Source: Lama glama
Taxonomy: Eukaryota
DNA: 64,000 bases
Direction: 5' to 3'
Assembly (NCBI GenBank): GCA_028534125.1
Contig: JAPYYK010000269.1
Coordinates: 124,001 to 188,000 of the forward strand
This document shows, in pieces, positions 39,820 to 52,970 of the stretch. The notes under the pieces are model-generated. The model was given only the letters and a program-made list of their open reading frames with translations, was not told the DNA's origin and ran no database searches. The position numbers and the translations under genes are program-made. Numbering within the stretch: the stretch's first letter is position 1; each line of letters starts with the position of its first letter.

Positions 39820-41060
39820 TGAAATTTTTTGTACAGGTTTTTCTGTGAACATGAGTTTTCATTTCTCTGTGATAAATGAATAGGAGTGTATTCTTGGGTT
39901 GGATTTGAATGTTTACTTTTTAAAGTAATGGATCTTGTGGTAGCTCACAGTGAAAAAGAATGTGAAAATGAATATATGTATATTCATGTATGACTGAAAA
40001 ATTGTGCTCTACAGCAGAAATTGACATATTGCTAACTGACTATAACTCAATAATAAAAAAAAAGACAGAAAAAGATAAATAAATAAAGTAATGGTCAAAC
40101 TTTTTCTTACATTCCCACCAGCGATGTACAAGTGATACAGTTTCTCTAAATCCTCATCAGCGTTCGGAGCTGTCACTATTGTTCTATCACAGCCATTCTG
40201 AGAGTGATATCACATTGTGGTTTCAGCTTAAATTTCCTCAGTGGCTAATGCCACTGAACATCTTTCATGTGCTTATTTGCCATCTGTATATCCTCTTCGT
40301 GAAAAGTCTCTCCATGTCATTGGCCCATTATCTAACTGATTATTTCATTCCCGTTAATTTTGAGAGTTCCTTGAATGTTCCAAATCCTTTTTTAAAAGAT
40401 GTGGTTTGAAAACATTGCCTTCTATTCTGTAGCCTGTCTTTTCAACCTCTTCACAGGGTCTTCAATACAACAAAAGTTTTTAATCTTGAAGAAGTCCAAT
40501 TTATCATTTTTTCCCTTTTACAAACTATTCTCTTAGTGTATTTTGTCTTTGCCTATTCCTAGATATTTTTAAAACTTTCAAAAAATTTTATAATTTATAT
40601 GTAAGTACATTATCTATTTTGAGTTTATTTTTGTATAAGATGTAAGGTTTAGGTAGAAGCTCTTTTGTTCCCCCACCATGGGTGCATAATTGCTTCAGCA
40701 CCATTTGTTGCAAAGGCTAATCTTTCGTCCATTAAATTGGCTTTGCATCTTGGTCAAAAACTCGTTGAGCCTATTTCTGTAAGCTTATTTCCGGATCCTC
40801 TATTGTGCTCCATTGTTCTATCTGTCTGTCCTCCTGCCAGTACCATACTGTTTTGACTGAGTATTTCTGTGTTAGTTCATGAGAGATATTGGTCTTCAAT
40901 TTCCTCTTTTTTCTTCCCTCCCTCCCTTCCTATTTTTTTTTTTTAACTTTACTTGTCTGGTTTTAGCTTCAGGGCAATCCTGGCCTCATAAAATGAGCTG
41001 GGAAATGGAAATCTTCTCTTCTCTTCAGTTTCCTGGCAGAGATTGTGTATTTGTTGTATA
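39820..41060 (-). mobile_element. Old L1 (L1MC/MD-like) ORF2 fragment
   Basis: 'ttacattcccaccagcgatgta...tttcatgtgcttatttgccatctgtatatcctc...gcaccatttgttg...ggcctcataaaatgag' is reverse L1 ORF2. Confidence 0.85.
39932..40083 (+). mobile_element. Camelid-type L1 3' end with 11-bp TSD, nested in an older L1
   Basis: 'atcttgtggtagctcacagtgaaaaagaatgtgaaaatgaatatatg...actataactcaataataaaaaaaa'; TSD taaagtaatgg at 39921-39931 and 40084-40094. Confidence 0.95.
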
Positions 41061-41450
41061 ATTTTTAATAATATATTAGCACATGATAATTTAATATAGA
41101 CTGGGGTTCATGTTCAAACATTTTCACTGATGGGATTCAGGGTCACTAAAGTTTAAACACTCTAGATATAGCAACATTTCTACTTATTTTTGATCAAATG
41201 ACTTCTGTTGTTTAGCTCTGTTCTTCTTACATTCCATTTGAATGATAATGAACCAATTACATCTGTATTTCTCTTCTCACGCCGTGAAAATCTGAGAGGC
41301 ATATGGAAAATTATACTGAGTTGATAACATGCCCATTTAATAATAAGAAGCAACAGATTTTTTAAAAAGGTACACTACTCACATTTTAAGGAAACAAAGC
41401 AACAGTCTCATGCATAAAAATAAAACAAATCTCAGTTCCAAGTCTCTAAC

Positions 41451-41670
41451 CTAGTGGTTTTCAATCTGAGGACAATTTTTATCCTCCACATGGAACACCT
41501 GGAAATGTCTGAAGATATTTTTTGGTTGTCACAACTCAGGACTGTGTGTTCTGCTGGCATCTAATGGGTAGAGACCACAGATGCTGTTAAACATCCTGCA
41601 ATACACAAGACGCCACTCCACAAGAAAGCAGTATCTGGCCCCAGTAATGCTGAGGTTGAAAAACTTGGCT
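41451..41670 (+). mobile_element. MER20 hAT-Charlie MITE
   Basis: 'agtggttttcaa...tttttggttgtcacaact...ctggcatctaatgggtagagaccacagatgctgttaaacatcctgcaat...gctgaggttgaaaaac'. Confidence 0.92.
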
Positions 41671-42728
41671 CTAAGCAACCCTGAATCTAATAAATCAGCC
41701 TAGAGAATCACTTTATTCCCTCCTTTCAAATTATTTTAGACCTTTCACCTACATTTTCCCCCAGTGAAACCAGACTGCAAGGTTTGTAAGACTTCCTTTA
41801 AAAGACCTGATCTGTTGTATTCACCTTGGGAAACTTGGAGACAAATAAGTTGCTTGCAGTTTCCCTACGACTGGGTCATTTGTAAATCTGATAAATAGGC
41901 ACGTTGCATTGATAAATCTCTCAAGGATCGTTTGAGGTCAGAATGGAATTAACCACATAGAAAGATACCATAGTGATTATCTCTGTGGGGCACCTTCAGA
42001 CATTCTGGGAAGATCCTCTCCTGCTCAAAAACAGTATTCTGGGGTAGACTGAAAACATTTCTACTAGAGAGTATTTCCTATGATAAGGTCGCAAAAGGAT
42101 GTTTCACAAAAGAAGAAAGATACTGTAGTCGCCCTCCACAGCATTAACGAGAGATTGCCTCAGTTACGCTACACAGCTCAAGAAGGAAGATGGAGTCAGA
42201 GTCAGAGGCTAGTGGGAATAAGAAAACTACAATGGCTGGGGTGACGGGTTCTCTAGGAGGTTACGCAGGCATTTAAGAAGCAAGGTCTAAGAAGACCAGC
42301 GTCAGTCAAGCCTGAATGTCGCCAGCATCAATCAAGTCAGGCAAGGGGAGTGGAGCTGTGAGAATCTAAGGTCTTTGTTCAGCAGAGGAGACAGGCAGAC
42401 TGTCACTCATCATGCAGGCATTGACATCCGCAAGGACTTGAAACGACAGCTGGAAGCCAGGGAAGTGAGGCAAGTTCCAGCTGTCAGGAAGGGCCAGTGG
42501 AAGACAGGAGTGGCTACACTCTAGACAGCAGGACACAGCTGAAGTCGGGCTTCTGTCTTAGAAAAGGCGTCGATCATGAGACAGACTAAACCAAAATGAC
42601 TAAGAAATGGGCCCTGAGCCCAAACAGCCCTCACTTCTGCAAATAAACTGAGAAAGACGAGTACTGAGGCTCGTCTCAATACTTTCTGAATTTTTCTAAT
42701 CGCTTAAACCAACTCGTTGAAAGAATAG

Positions 42729-43250
42729 CACAACTCAATAGAAATAAAATAGATAATATAAGCCACAGGTGTAATTTAAATCCTGGAGTTACCACATTCA
42801 AAATGTAAAAAGAAACAAGTGAATGATTTGTAATAATCATCTTCTTTAATTCAAGATACCCAAAATAGTATCAGTTCAACATGGATCCATATTAAAAAAT
42901 ACTAATAAGCTACTTTACTAATATCCTACTATGAGTTAGAGTTTTTTCAAACCAATGTATATTTTACATTTATAGCATATGTCAATTCAGAAGCTAAAGT
43001 TCCACTGGAGATAGTTACTCTATACTTAGATTTTATAAAATTTACCACTGAAAAAGGAGATTCATATTCTCAGTTGTTCCAAATATATTTCCAAGTTTTC
43101 CAGTAACTGAATTGAGTATTAGTCTTTAAATTAAATTTAACTACAGTTGAATAACATTGGAGATTAGTTTCTCAGTTATTCACTAGTTACATTTCAAGTG
43201 CTCAACAGCCACATCGCCACTGGCATCTTGTCCTGGACAGTAGGGATGTA
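42729..43250 (+). mobile_element. Charlie1b/MER33-related hAT element
   Basis: 'aatagaaata...agccacaggtgtaatttaaa...ctagttacatttcaagtgctcaacagccacat...ctggacag'; about 520 bp. Confidence 0.8.
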
Positions 43251-44241
43251 GACTAAATCTCTGCTTAAGCAACACGGTTAAGCATTTCATGGCTCACTGT
43301 GTACAGCTGCATCTTCGCTGCCAGAGAAGTTCTCATTTCAAACTTCAAAAAGAAAGTTTGCGCCCTAGTATTCTACAGTTAGGTAATTTTTTTCCTCTTT
43401 ATGAATGCTTTCAAAGTTTTGGATTATACCCCTTCTATGTCTTCACAGTTCCTGAACATAAATCCCTCATCATTTAAAGTCAATTTACTTATGAAATCAC
43501 CTGATAGCCCCAATCAACTGAGTTACTATTCTTTGGACCCTCTCTAGCCTTATTCATGTCTTTTACTTGTTTCAGCGATCAAACCTGAAAATAATGTTGT
43601 AAATGTGGCCCAACATTTCTTTAACTTAAAGGTGTCCTCTGTAATCTAAAATCTAAAAAATCCAAAGGAAAGATTTTTTTCTTTTTGTCTAATAGATTGC
43701 AATTCTGATTCTCAGAGAGCAAAAAGCTTTACAAGGAGATACAGGTCTATTAGTATTAATAATTAAATGTGTAACAATGACTCCCTATTTTACCTAATAT
43801 ATTTGTAACTACACTAAAACAAGAAAACTTTAAATTTAACACAAGCTGCCAGTAAGTTCTAAGAGGAACAAACACCACAGAAAACCAGCTGTCCTCCTCC
43901 TCTAACCTAAGAAGGCCGTTTTAAAAGACTGGCTTCATAGGTCACAGTGAGCTATTTATTTTTTTTTTTCCAATAAAAAGATTTGATAGTAAAAGATGCT
44001 CTGAGGAATCCATCACCTCTAGAAACAGAGCAGATTTTGATCTACCTGAGAGAGCAAAGGTCCATCTGATAGACAAAAGGCATAATCTGGGGCCCTGTTT
44101 CACCTTTGGACCCCTTGCTGGGAACAGAAATATACTAATTTATTGCCTGCTGCCACTAACTAAATTGGCAACTGATAGGCTGCGTATTGAATCCTGCAAG
44201 AGAAGCCACTGTCTCACTGGAAGTCTTTCTGCAGGACTCAC

Positions 44242-44290
44242 CACGTACCTGCGATTTAGCTTCAACCGCTCTGCTGTTCAGCGTCTTCAT
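44242..44290 (-). other. Weak candidate exon end (MKTLNSRAVEAKSQVR) with tandem donors
   Basis: Minus strand ATGAAGACG...TCGCAG|gtacgt or ...GTACGTG|gtgagt; unique CpG-containing sequence; weak Kozak. Confidence 0.2.
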
Positions 44291-44526
44291 CTATGTGTAT
44301 TCTACGCACATTAAGAATCCAAATGATTAATACGCTTGTTGTCAAAAGCTTTTTATACCAACCTTCTGGGCAATCACTTCCACACTAAAATGCTTACAAG
44401 CACTGCATTAATATATTTGACTCTGAGAAATCTGAAGCGATTAGGAAAATAGAGCTGACATGTTATTTACCAAACTTTGAGTCATCTGACAGAAATTAAG
44501 TAGTTCGACCTGAATGGCTCACTTAA

Positions 44527-44592
44527 GTAATAATAATAATAATAATAACAACAACAACAATAATAATAATAATAGTGCTAGTAGTAGTAGTA
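44527..44592. repeat. Compound (TAA)n(CAA)n(TAA)n...(TAG)n microsatellite
   Basis: Seen directly. Confidence 0.9.
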
Positions 44593-46354
44593 AAAGGAAG
44601 CCAAATAAAGCCCAACACAGAATAAGATTCCAAGGAAAGGATTTGATTCCTATCAGGCTCTAAAGGATTAGCATCTTATCTCAAGTTCACAAACAGCCTT
44701 GGTGTATCAGTATCAGTTTTTTTTTTTTTAACTGTTTGGTGTTCATTTTGCATCTCACAATATATTATCTCTGGATTGACTCCATAGCTCCCATTTAGGA
44801 GTTTTTTTTTTATGTCTACCTCTTTCTCTTTAATCAATACAATCCATCACCAATTTGAACTTTCAATGCAATTATCTAAAATATCAATGCTATACCTGTA
44901 ACAACTGTCACTTTAAATTCCTCATTTACTCTATATTATTAATAATCATCCTTAAAAAAACTTCCTGAAATGGAGAAATAATTACATCTATGACCAGCAG
45001 TGACAGGAGAGGTAATAAAGTGGCAATATTCAGTATTTATAGTTCCATTAATAGTAATGCTGAGTATCTATCCCTTGGTAAGAAAATCACTGTCTATTTC
45101 CAAAGAGAGACAGAGAGAAAAGGTTTATAGTCTTAAATGAAGATTTTTAAAGAAAAAACAATCACATAACATTAATCACAGTGACTAATACTGAAGTATT
45201 ATAGACAAATACCTTCAGCTTAATAATTATTTTAGTATCAGACAATAGATACTGCTTTGTCCTGAAAATATACAGCCAGAACCTACTACAAAGGCAATGA
45301 TCATAATGCAAACTAACCATTTATATGGGCATGCATTTTAAGCGGTTTTTGTACCTTTTATTTATTACTATATTCTGCACAGTTAAACTCTATTATAACA
45401 TTAATCATGTTTATATGGGTCTGTATGTTCCACAGGCCAACCTCAAATAGTTAAAAAAAATTTAATAGCTTATAAATCTTATGCGTCAAACCACAGCTTT
45501 TATACCAAATTGCGGACATTAAAAAGGTATCCCATTACAGCAGGATACCTCCAAATTTTGCCTTTGTTAATTAGTCCTAAAAATGTCTTGCCTAATCTAG
45601 AATTATGCAAAATAATTCACCCACCAAATTATAATTATACAGAATCAAAATATCTAGCAGCAAAACAAAGGGGAAAATAAATATTACCCTAATACTCCTA
45701 TGGGAATTTGGTATGGCACAGGCAATAAGAAATGTTAATGCTACGATTACACTAATAGAGTCTCACTTTTCTTAACCCTGGCAAGCAGCTCTGCTATCAG
45801 GGCAACCTGTGTAGATGTGTCTCCTCGCCACCAAAAGAAGTATTTCAGTGAAATTTACAGATTTTTATAAATGACCTTTTAAACACAACTGATATGCATT
45901 AACAAGTATTTTGAAAGTATCAGAGCCATTTCAGAATTTCTTTGGGAAAAAAAAATGAAACGATGCCTTTTTCCCACGATCAGATGTGCCCAAGAGGGGT
46001 AGTCACTCTTCCAATTTCCACTTCATTATTTTTATGATTTTAATTTTCAAAAGTAAATCCCCCCCACCAAGACAAATAACATTTCTGTAAGGAGGATAAA
46101 ATAGAAGTCTTGTCCATTTCCATCCTTCATCCTGGACTCAGTACTATGACACATTAGGAAAGGGTAAAGGACACACCCCACTAGTTTTCCTTAATCATGG
46201 GACCAGCTATTCTTTCTGACCCCTCCAGAAATTAGAAAGTGATTTAAAAATCTAAATTTTTACTAATACTCTCTCTAAAAAATTTTCATGCCCTTTGGTG
46301 AAGATTCATTCTTTTCTTTAAATACACATTTTCTTCTTAAAAATAAAGGTATTG

Positions 46355-46550
46355 AATCTTGTAATAACACTTAATGGAAAAGAAGATGAAAGCGAATATA
46401 TGTATGTATATGCATGACTGGGACATTGTGCTGCACACCAGAAACTGACACATTGTAACTGACTGTACTTCAATTTTAAAAAGAAGTACTATTAGAGCAA
46501 ATAGTAGTAGTAAAAAAAAAAAAAGTCAGACAATAAACCTTTAAAAAAAA
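46355..46550 (+). mobile_element. Camelid-type L1 3' end with extended compound tail
   Basis: 'tcttgtaataac...gaatatatgtatgtatatgcatgactgggacattgtgctgcacaccagaaactgacacattgtaactgactgtacttcaat' then unique sequence and two A-tracts. Confidence 0.88.
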
Positions 46551-49500
46551 GTATTGGAGAATAAAAGCCTAAGGAAATCTGAGTTGGAATTCTGTCTGAA
46601 GTATTTTGCAGCCACGGGAAATGGGCAGTTCTATCTTCTGTCTCAGTTTACGTGCTAGTAAAATTGTGGCAATAAATCACCTTCCTTAAACTCATGGGAT
46701 TTTCCAAAAATCAAGTTAGATATGAATATTATTGGAAAAGCACAGACTGTTCAATGAAGAAATTTTAAGATAGTAACTGAGCAGAACACTGTTGAAAACC
46801 AAATAGAGGCAGAAATCAGAACCCAGCCAAATCATACATCTCAAGATATTTACAGAAATTTAATTTGGAAAGTTTGCCTCTTATTTCAAGTTGGTATCTT
46901 CTCTTCTCTTTCCGCTCCCTTCTCTTTCCTCTGCAGACAGACTCTGTTAAAACTCCTGAGGATTTTTAGTTTCATCTTCTAAAAAATGATAATTAGGAGT
47001 GTTTTATTCTGAACATTTCCAGGGTCATTTCAAATTCTTTGGAAATACGCAAAAAAAAATAGTTAAAGCAAAAGTTCAATGGTTATTTATAAGGTGCCCA
47101 CTGTGTGTCAGGGTAGATGTTGCTGCTTTTTCCAGAATCGGAATTGTCAGATTGCTACGGACGGTAGGATTTCGGTGAGAGCTGGAAAAGCAGGCTGCCA
47201 TCACCTAAAGCCAGCACTGGGGTCAGGTGGGAAGAAGGCAGGAGAATGTGGAGGAAGGAGGGAGGGCGGTAACCCACCTGCATATAAATCCTTGATGGTT
47301 TTGTGATATCCCACTCCCAGCCGCTGCTGAGTTCACTTTGCTCTACATCTCCCACTGGGCTGTGGATTCACAAAACGGAGTCAGCTCAAGTGAGGGGTTT
47401 AATGGGGGCCAGGGATTCTGAGCAAGCCGGAATGACCGAGAAAAGACCCCAGAGGCTTTGCGCTCCACTTCTGGTTTAATTTACCTGTTCACTGAGTGCC
47501 TACTCTGCACGGTCCACGTGCTGGGGGAGAAGGAGTAATACAAGGTAAACAGACTTGCTTCCTGTTCCCTTTAGGAATTCAGAGCAGTGATGGGTCATTA
47601 CAATGACACCCTTGCCAGTCACTGGTTATCAGGGGTTCCCAGCCATCTCAGCCACCCTGATGCTCTTCCTTTTCTCTGATATTTTCCCATTTAGGCTGCT
47701 AGATTCAAGGACTTTCTTATGCTTTAAGTAGAATCAAGGAATAAAGTTGTCAACTTTTATTGGGTGGAAGGAAGAGCACGGTTCAGGTATAGGGCAGAAT
47801 ATTAAAGGAATAAAAGATCCAGCCTGCCAGGAATCACCCCCTCTTCCTCTTCCATCCAGCCCTTGCATAAAGGAGGCAAAGATCCTCTGAACTGGAGGTG
47901 GGGAGGGGTGGGAAAGAGGGAAAAGTCAAGAGAGGAGAACAAGAAGATTCGCTCTCAGACTGAAGGGGGTGGCAGGATCAGAGTGGTGGAGACTCTCCAT
48001 TTACATTTAGAAATTTGAGAGGAGAGGGTGTTTCTATTCTGCTTCCCACCTGAAGCATTCACAGCATCCACATCCCTGGAGAGCTCCCATTTCTCCCAGG
48101 CACAGAAGGGCTCAGCAGAGACACCTCTAAAGGATGTCCAGGCAGATCTACCTAACACAGCCTCGGCAGGTAACCAAGGGCTCAGGAAGCAGCCAGATAC
48201 TCCCCTCACGTGCTTGCGAGTGGCATAAATGAGAAGACATCAAACGTGGGTGAACCAAGAGGACCCTCTTGATTAAAATAGGGGATGCTGCAATTGAAAG
48301 AGGCATAGATGGTGTGGTTAAGTTCAGATGAGCACACAGTCAACTCAGATGTCAGCATGGAGGGGTAATGAAACCCAGGAAGAGACAGACAGATGGTCGT
48401 CTCAGCAGATGGGAGCATGGAGCGATTCTCTCCAAAGCTGCACAAGGATATGAAACCAGCTGAACGCAGGTCCATGGATTCCAAGGACAAACATGTGCTT
48501 TTCTTAACATATATTTGTGATGATTATTTCCGTTCTCATGGATGTTTGAGTCCAGAGGTGATTTAGATTTAGCACAACTAAGATGTTACTTTGCTTAGTC
48601 TACTTTCTGAGAGCCTGAGCATGCTTAGATCAGCAACACAATGCACCTGTCAGAGGGGCGACCCTGAACCCCTTCTTGCCTAGAGCATGTGCGCTGTGAT
48701 GACCTTTCACTCTGAAAAGTGTTCCCGTTCAGATGACAAATCATGTAGTTGTCCAACCTCTAACTCCTATTTTTTTCATCTTACTGATGGAGTATTTCAC
48801 CTTGGTATCAAACAGACATGACTTTAAGGTGTTGCTATGGTTGTTCATCTTTATTTAAAAAGGTAAAATATAGAAGCAAATACAAAAAAGTCCTCCCCGA
48901 TTTGATTTAGCCTTTCAGCCTCTTCAGGTGAAATAGGCCCCTCTAAAAAGCAAAAAATAGTTAATAAACTAGTTTGTTTTGCTGAATCAAAATCCCAAAC
49001 GGCACATACATGACAGAGAAAAACACTAGCAAGACAGCACAAACTAAAGAACGCAAGTAGAACAGACTACCCCAGAAATATTTTGAAATATTTGGAAGTT
49101 CTCCTAGGATGTCGCTGAATTCACTTCCACATCTGATTCTGAATGCCAAACATACACTGTATGCACTCCCACCTTGGGGCTTTTAGAATATCCCGGAAGA
49201 ATTATGTAGGTTGCTGACCTGTGCTGTGTAGGCAGAAAGACAGACTTTGCACATGGCAGGGCAATAAAGCAAGTATTTGTCAGCTTCCAAACTGGAACCA
49301 ACAATGGACTGGCTATTTGCGGCACTACTATTTCTACAAGAATGATGCCAGTATCCTTTACTCCTGTATAATGGATGGAAAGATCAAGTGTAGATGTGCA
49401 GCAGCTCAGTATACTTCATCACCGTATTATCTTATAACAGTAGGAAAATCTAAATCAGAAATCCCCCTACCAGGCGAGGCTGTCTCCCACTCCTGCTCCT

Positions 49501-52500
49501 CAGAATGTGCACACATGGAAAATTACACAATTTTAAAATAGTGTTTATAATCAAGAAAATTTCAGGATGCAGAGGTCCATGGGAAAGAATGGTGGTGACG
49601 AACACCATAGCAAGGAAATAAAAATAGTTCAGGCGTTCTCATTTGTAACTCATATTCTTTGTGATACAGTCGATATGCTTGTTCCTACAGAGGGGAACCA
49701 AACATTTTCTTCTTTATTTTCTTTGTTATTCCTCTTTGAGATTACAATTTCTTTAACACTAACTTGCCCAAACAAAAAAGTCTTTGAACCAAGTTATCCA
49801 TTGGAATGTCTGTAAAACAAATCTTTATACAATATCAAGCATAAATATCAAGCCCGTGAAGTGCTCTGTCTTCTAAACATACATGAAAACGCAGAGCTGT
49901 GAGTCAGGACCAGAGCCCTTCCCACTCAGAACTGTGGAACCATTTGCATTCACTCCAAGAATCAGAATATGTGCAGGCAACTTCGAACGTCTCTTCCCTA
50001 TTTACAGACTGTGAATCTTGAAAAGCCAACATTCACATCTTTCATTTAAATTGCTCCCACTCATATAATCAAGATAACTCGGAGAGCCCAAAGACAAAGA
50101 GAAACTGTGTATACAGCAGCTGGCCCGTAACAGATGAACACAAGTTGGTCTGTTTTCCATCACATGCTCTAGAAGAAGGAACAATTCATAACATTACCTT
50201 AAGCACAACTGATAAGGAGAAACACCCACCCAGAAATTCCGATAGCAACATATTACAGAGAAAAATAAAAGGGGAACCAGAGATGATAAACATGGATTTA
50301 AAACCTGACCCCTCCATTCTTGGGTGTGCCACTTCCACTCTCTACGACTCAGCTTCTTCATCAGTACGAAATCCGTTGCAAGCACCATGAAACCCCCAAA
50401 CACTGCTACTCCACACTTCCATCTGTTCTTCCTTTCCCAAGCAGCAATTCGGAAGACTGTAATTCAACTTGATAGCTATTCCCTTTTTTTTTACATTATC
50501 TTTTGTGGTATCAACTTCTGCTTAAGAGAGACAACATAGAGGCATTCAGTTATGTGTGATACATGCATATAAGGTGTGCTTAGAGGTTCATGCTGGAAGC
50601 TGGTAAAGAGAAAGCGATTGTATTCGGGGGACTGCAGTAAATTGATTCTGGCACACCATTTGTTGCACAATTTACTAGACTCCAACTCTTTGCAGACACC
50701 TGCTCCATCTTTAATAAAAGTGTGCTGAGAGTCTTCAGGCATAACCAGTGCTGCTGCTTATCATTTCGGCAATAACGTGCAAACCCACGCACTCGGCCGA
50801 ACAGGAGCCGAGGAAAAGTCTCTAATACAAAATTACCAACGCGCAAAGGTTTCAAATAAAGATGCTCTAAGAAATCACTTTCCCCCCCTTCCTCTCAATG
50901 TAACACAGTTATTTTCTGGGATGGATGACATATCAGAACCAGTGAACACCCATCAGAAAACACTGATCATCTAATATGTGCCTGTGTCAATTACTCTAAG
51001 TGCATTGTGTACGTTCCCTAAGGATTTCAGTTCCTTAGGGAAATAAAAATTTATCCCCATTTTGCAGCTGAGGAAATTGAGGATCTAAGTCACTTGCTCA
51101 AGATCACACAACTCAGAAGTACTCTTATCCTCTCTCCTTGCAGAAGGATTAAACAAACAAACAAAAAAACTCTACAAATCACGAAAAAGATTTTGAAACA
51201 ACGTTTTAGAGTTCCAGTATGAAAGAAATGTTGTTCAAGTTAATGTCGGATCATTTTAAATGACACAAGTTAATTTTAAGAGAAAAGTGTTCTCATCTGA
51301 AGTTTCTGCATGGAAAGATAAGAGAGGGAGAGAAAAGCCAAGAAACCGATTTGGGAGATAAACAGGCAGAGTTGTTAGCGCCAAAATAATTGCACAACAA
51401 AGGAGGCTTGCTCGGCACTGCCTGCAACAAGTACTACAGTGGCTTGAATTGTTTCATTTTTATTTATTCCAAATTCAATCCTACAGGGCTGTCTGCTTCC
51501 TTGTACGATACATAACAGAATGAATGAAACATCAAGAGATGAATTTCTCCCTAAGAGATCACGGTTTCTGGGTGTTAACACATGGCTTCTGCTCAGAGCG
51601 TTCCTGTTCAGCATCTTCATCTGCCATTCATGAATCCTCTCCATGCGTCCTTGCACCCCTGGATGGATGATGCTGCATTGTCTGCAGGCATTCTACAAGA
51701 ACTCAGCTGGAGCAGGAGATGCAGGGTGCAGCCACTTTGTGGTGAATGTCTGTAACACAGCAAGAACACCTGTGCCCAGCCACCTGCGTTTCTACTCAGT
51801 GTGAGCAGAAAATCTAGTGACAATTATGTTTCCAGAACAGAACTGGATGACTAAAGCCATATGGAATCAGGGACCCTAGCCCCAGCTGAAAATAGAGAGG
51901 GACCAAAAGGGTGGAGGCAGGGAAAGTGTTAATTCATGCCAATTTCAGCCAAAAGGCAGCAAAGTAGATGAAATGATCTACAGGGTTCATCCCTAAGTCA
52001 TTCACTCTTCCCTCAGGCTTTAAATTCTGACTGTGACATAGATAACCCTTGAGAATGATTTATGGGGACCCTACCCGAGTCCCCATCTGTTTGCACCGTG
52101 AGTCACTAACGCAAACATTTCCAAAGCAAGCGAGAGAAGCTGTCTTGGGAGACATTAAAAAGGGACTGGGCAAAAAAACACTAGAAAATATACAGCAGGG
52201 AGCAACACAGAATGGCTCCCCAGAGAATCAACTCACTGTGACCTAATATTTAAGATTGATAGTTGACAACGTTGAAACATTAATAGTAAATAAAATGCGC
52301 TGAAGTGCACTTTGTTAAGCAAGGACCTTGAGTTAATGATGGCTGCCAAACAGATACGCGATGGGGGAGGAGTAGGAAAGGGGAGTAAGAACGCTCCACC
52401 AGAAGATCAGGGAATGGAATAATGGTCTTCTTATTCCATCAGAAAAGTAGGTGAAACAGGAAGGTTTATACAGCTCAGGTCTTCTCTAGAGCCTAGGTCC

Positions 52501-52970
52501 ACTCTATGCACCAGATACTACAGAGCACAGAGCACAGACTCTTCAAAATAAGCCTCTAACGAGTAACTGTTAACCCCTCCAGAGAGAACACAGATGTATC
52601 TTCATCCTTCTTCCCCCACAAGAGAGACAAGGACATAGACCAAAAGGATGCTTGCGTAACCTGAAATCACTTGCCAAAGTGGGAGACCCAAGAGCAGAAA
52701 AAGATCAGGCTGCATCATTTCTAGCTGGCCATCATCAACTATTAAGCTCAACTTAGGCATTTAAATTTATGTGAATTCCTGGATCCTTCATCAGCACTGT
52801 CTGGATTCCAGGAGCTTGCAAGTTAGTTCAAGAAATGGGATATACTGTCATAAATATACAAGACTTTGTTTAAGTGCCAAAGAAGAAATACAGGTCACAA
52901 GGACAACGGGACACTGCAGATGACAGACATGACCGTGGGCAGCACGGTGAGAGAAGGCTACATTGAGCAC

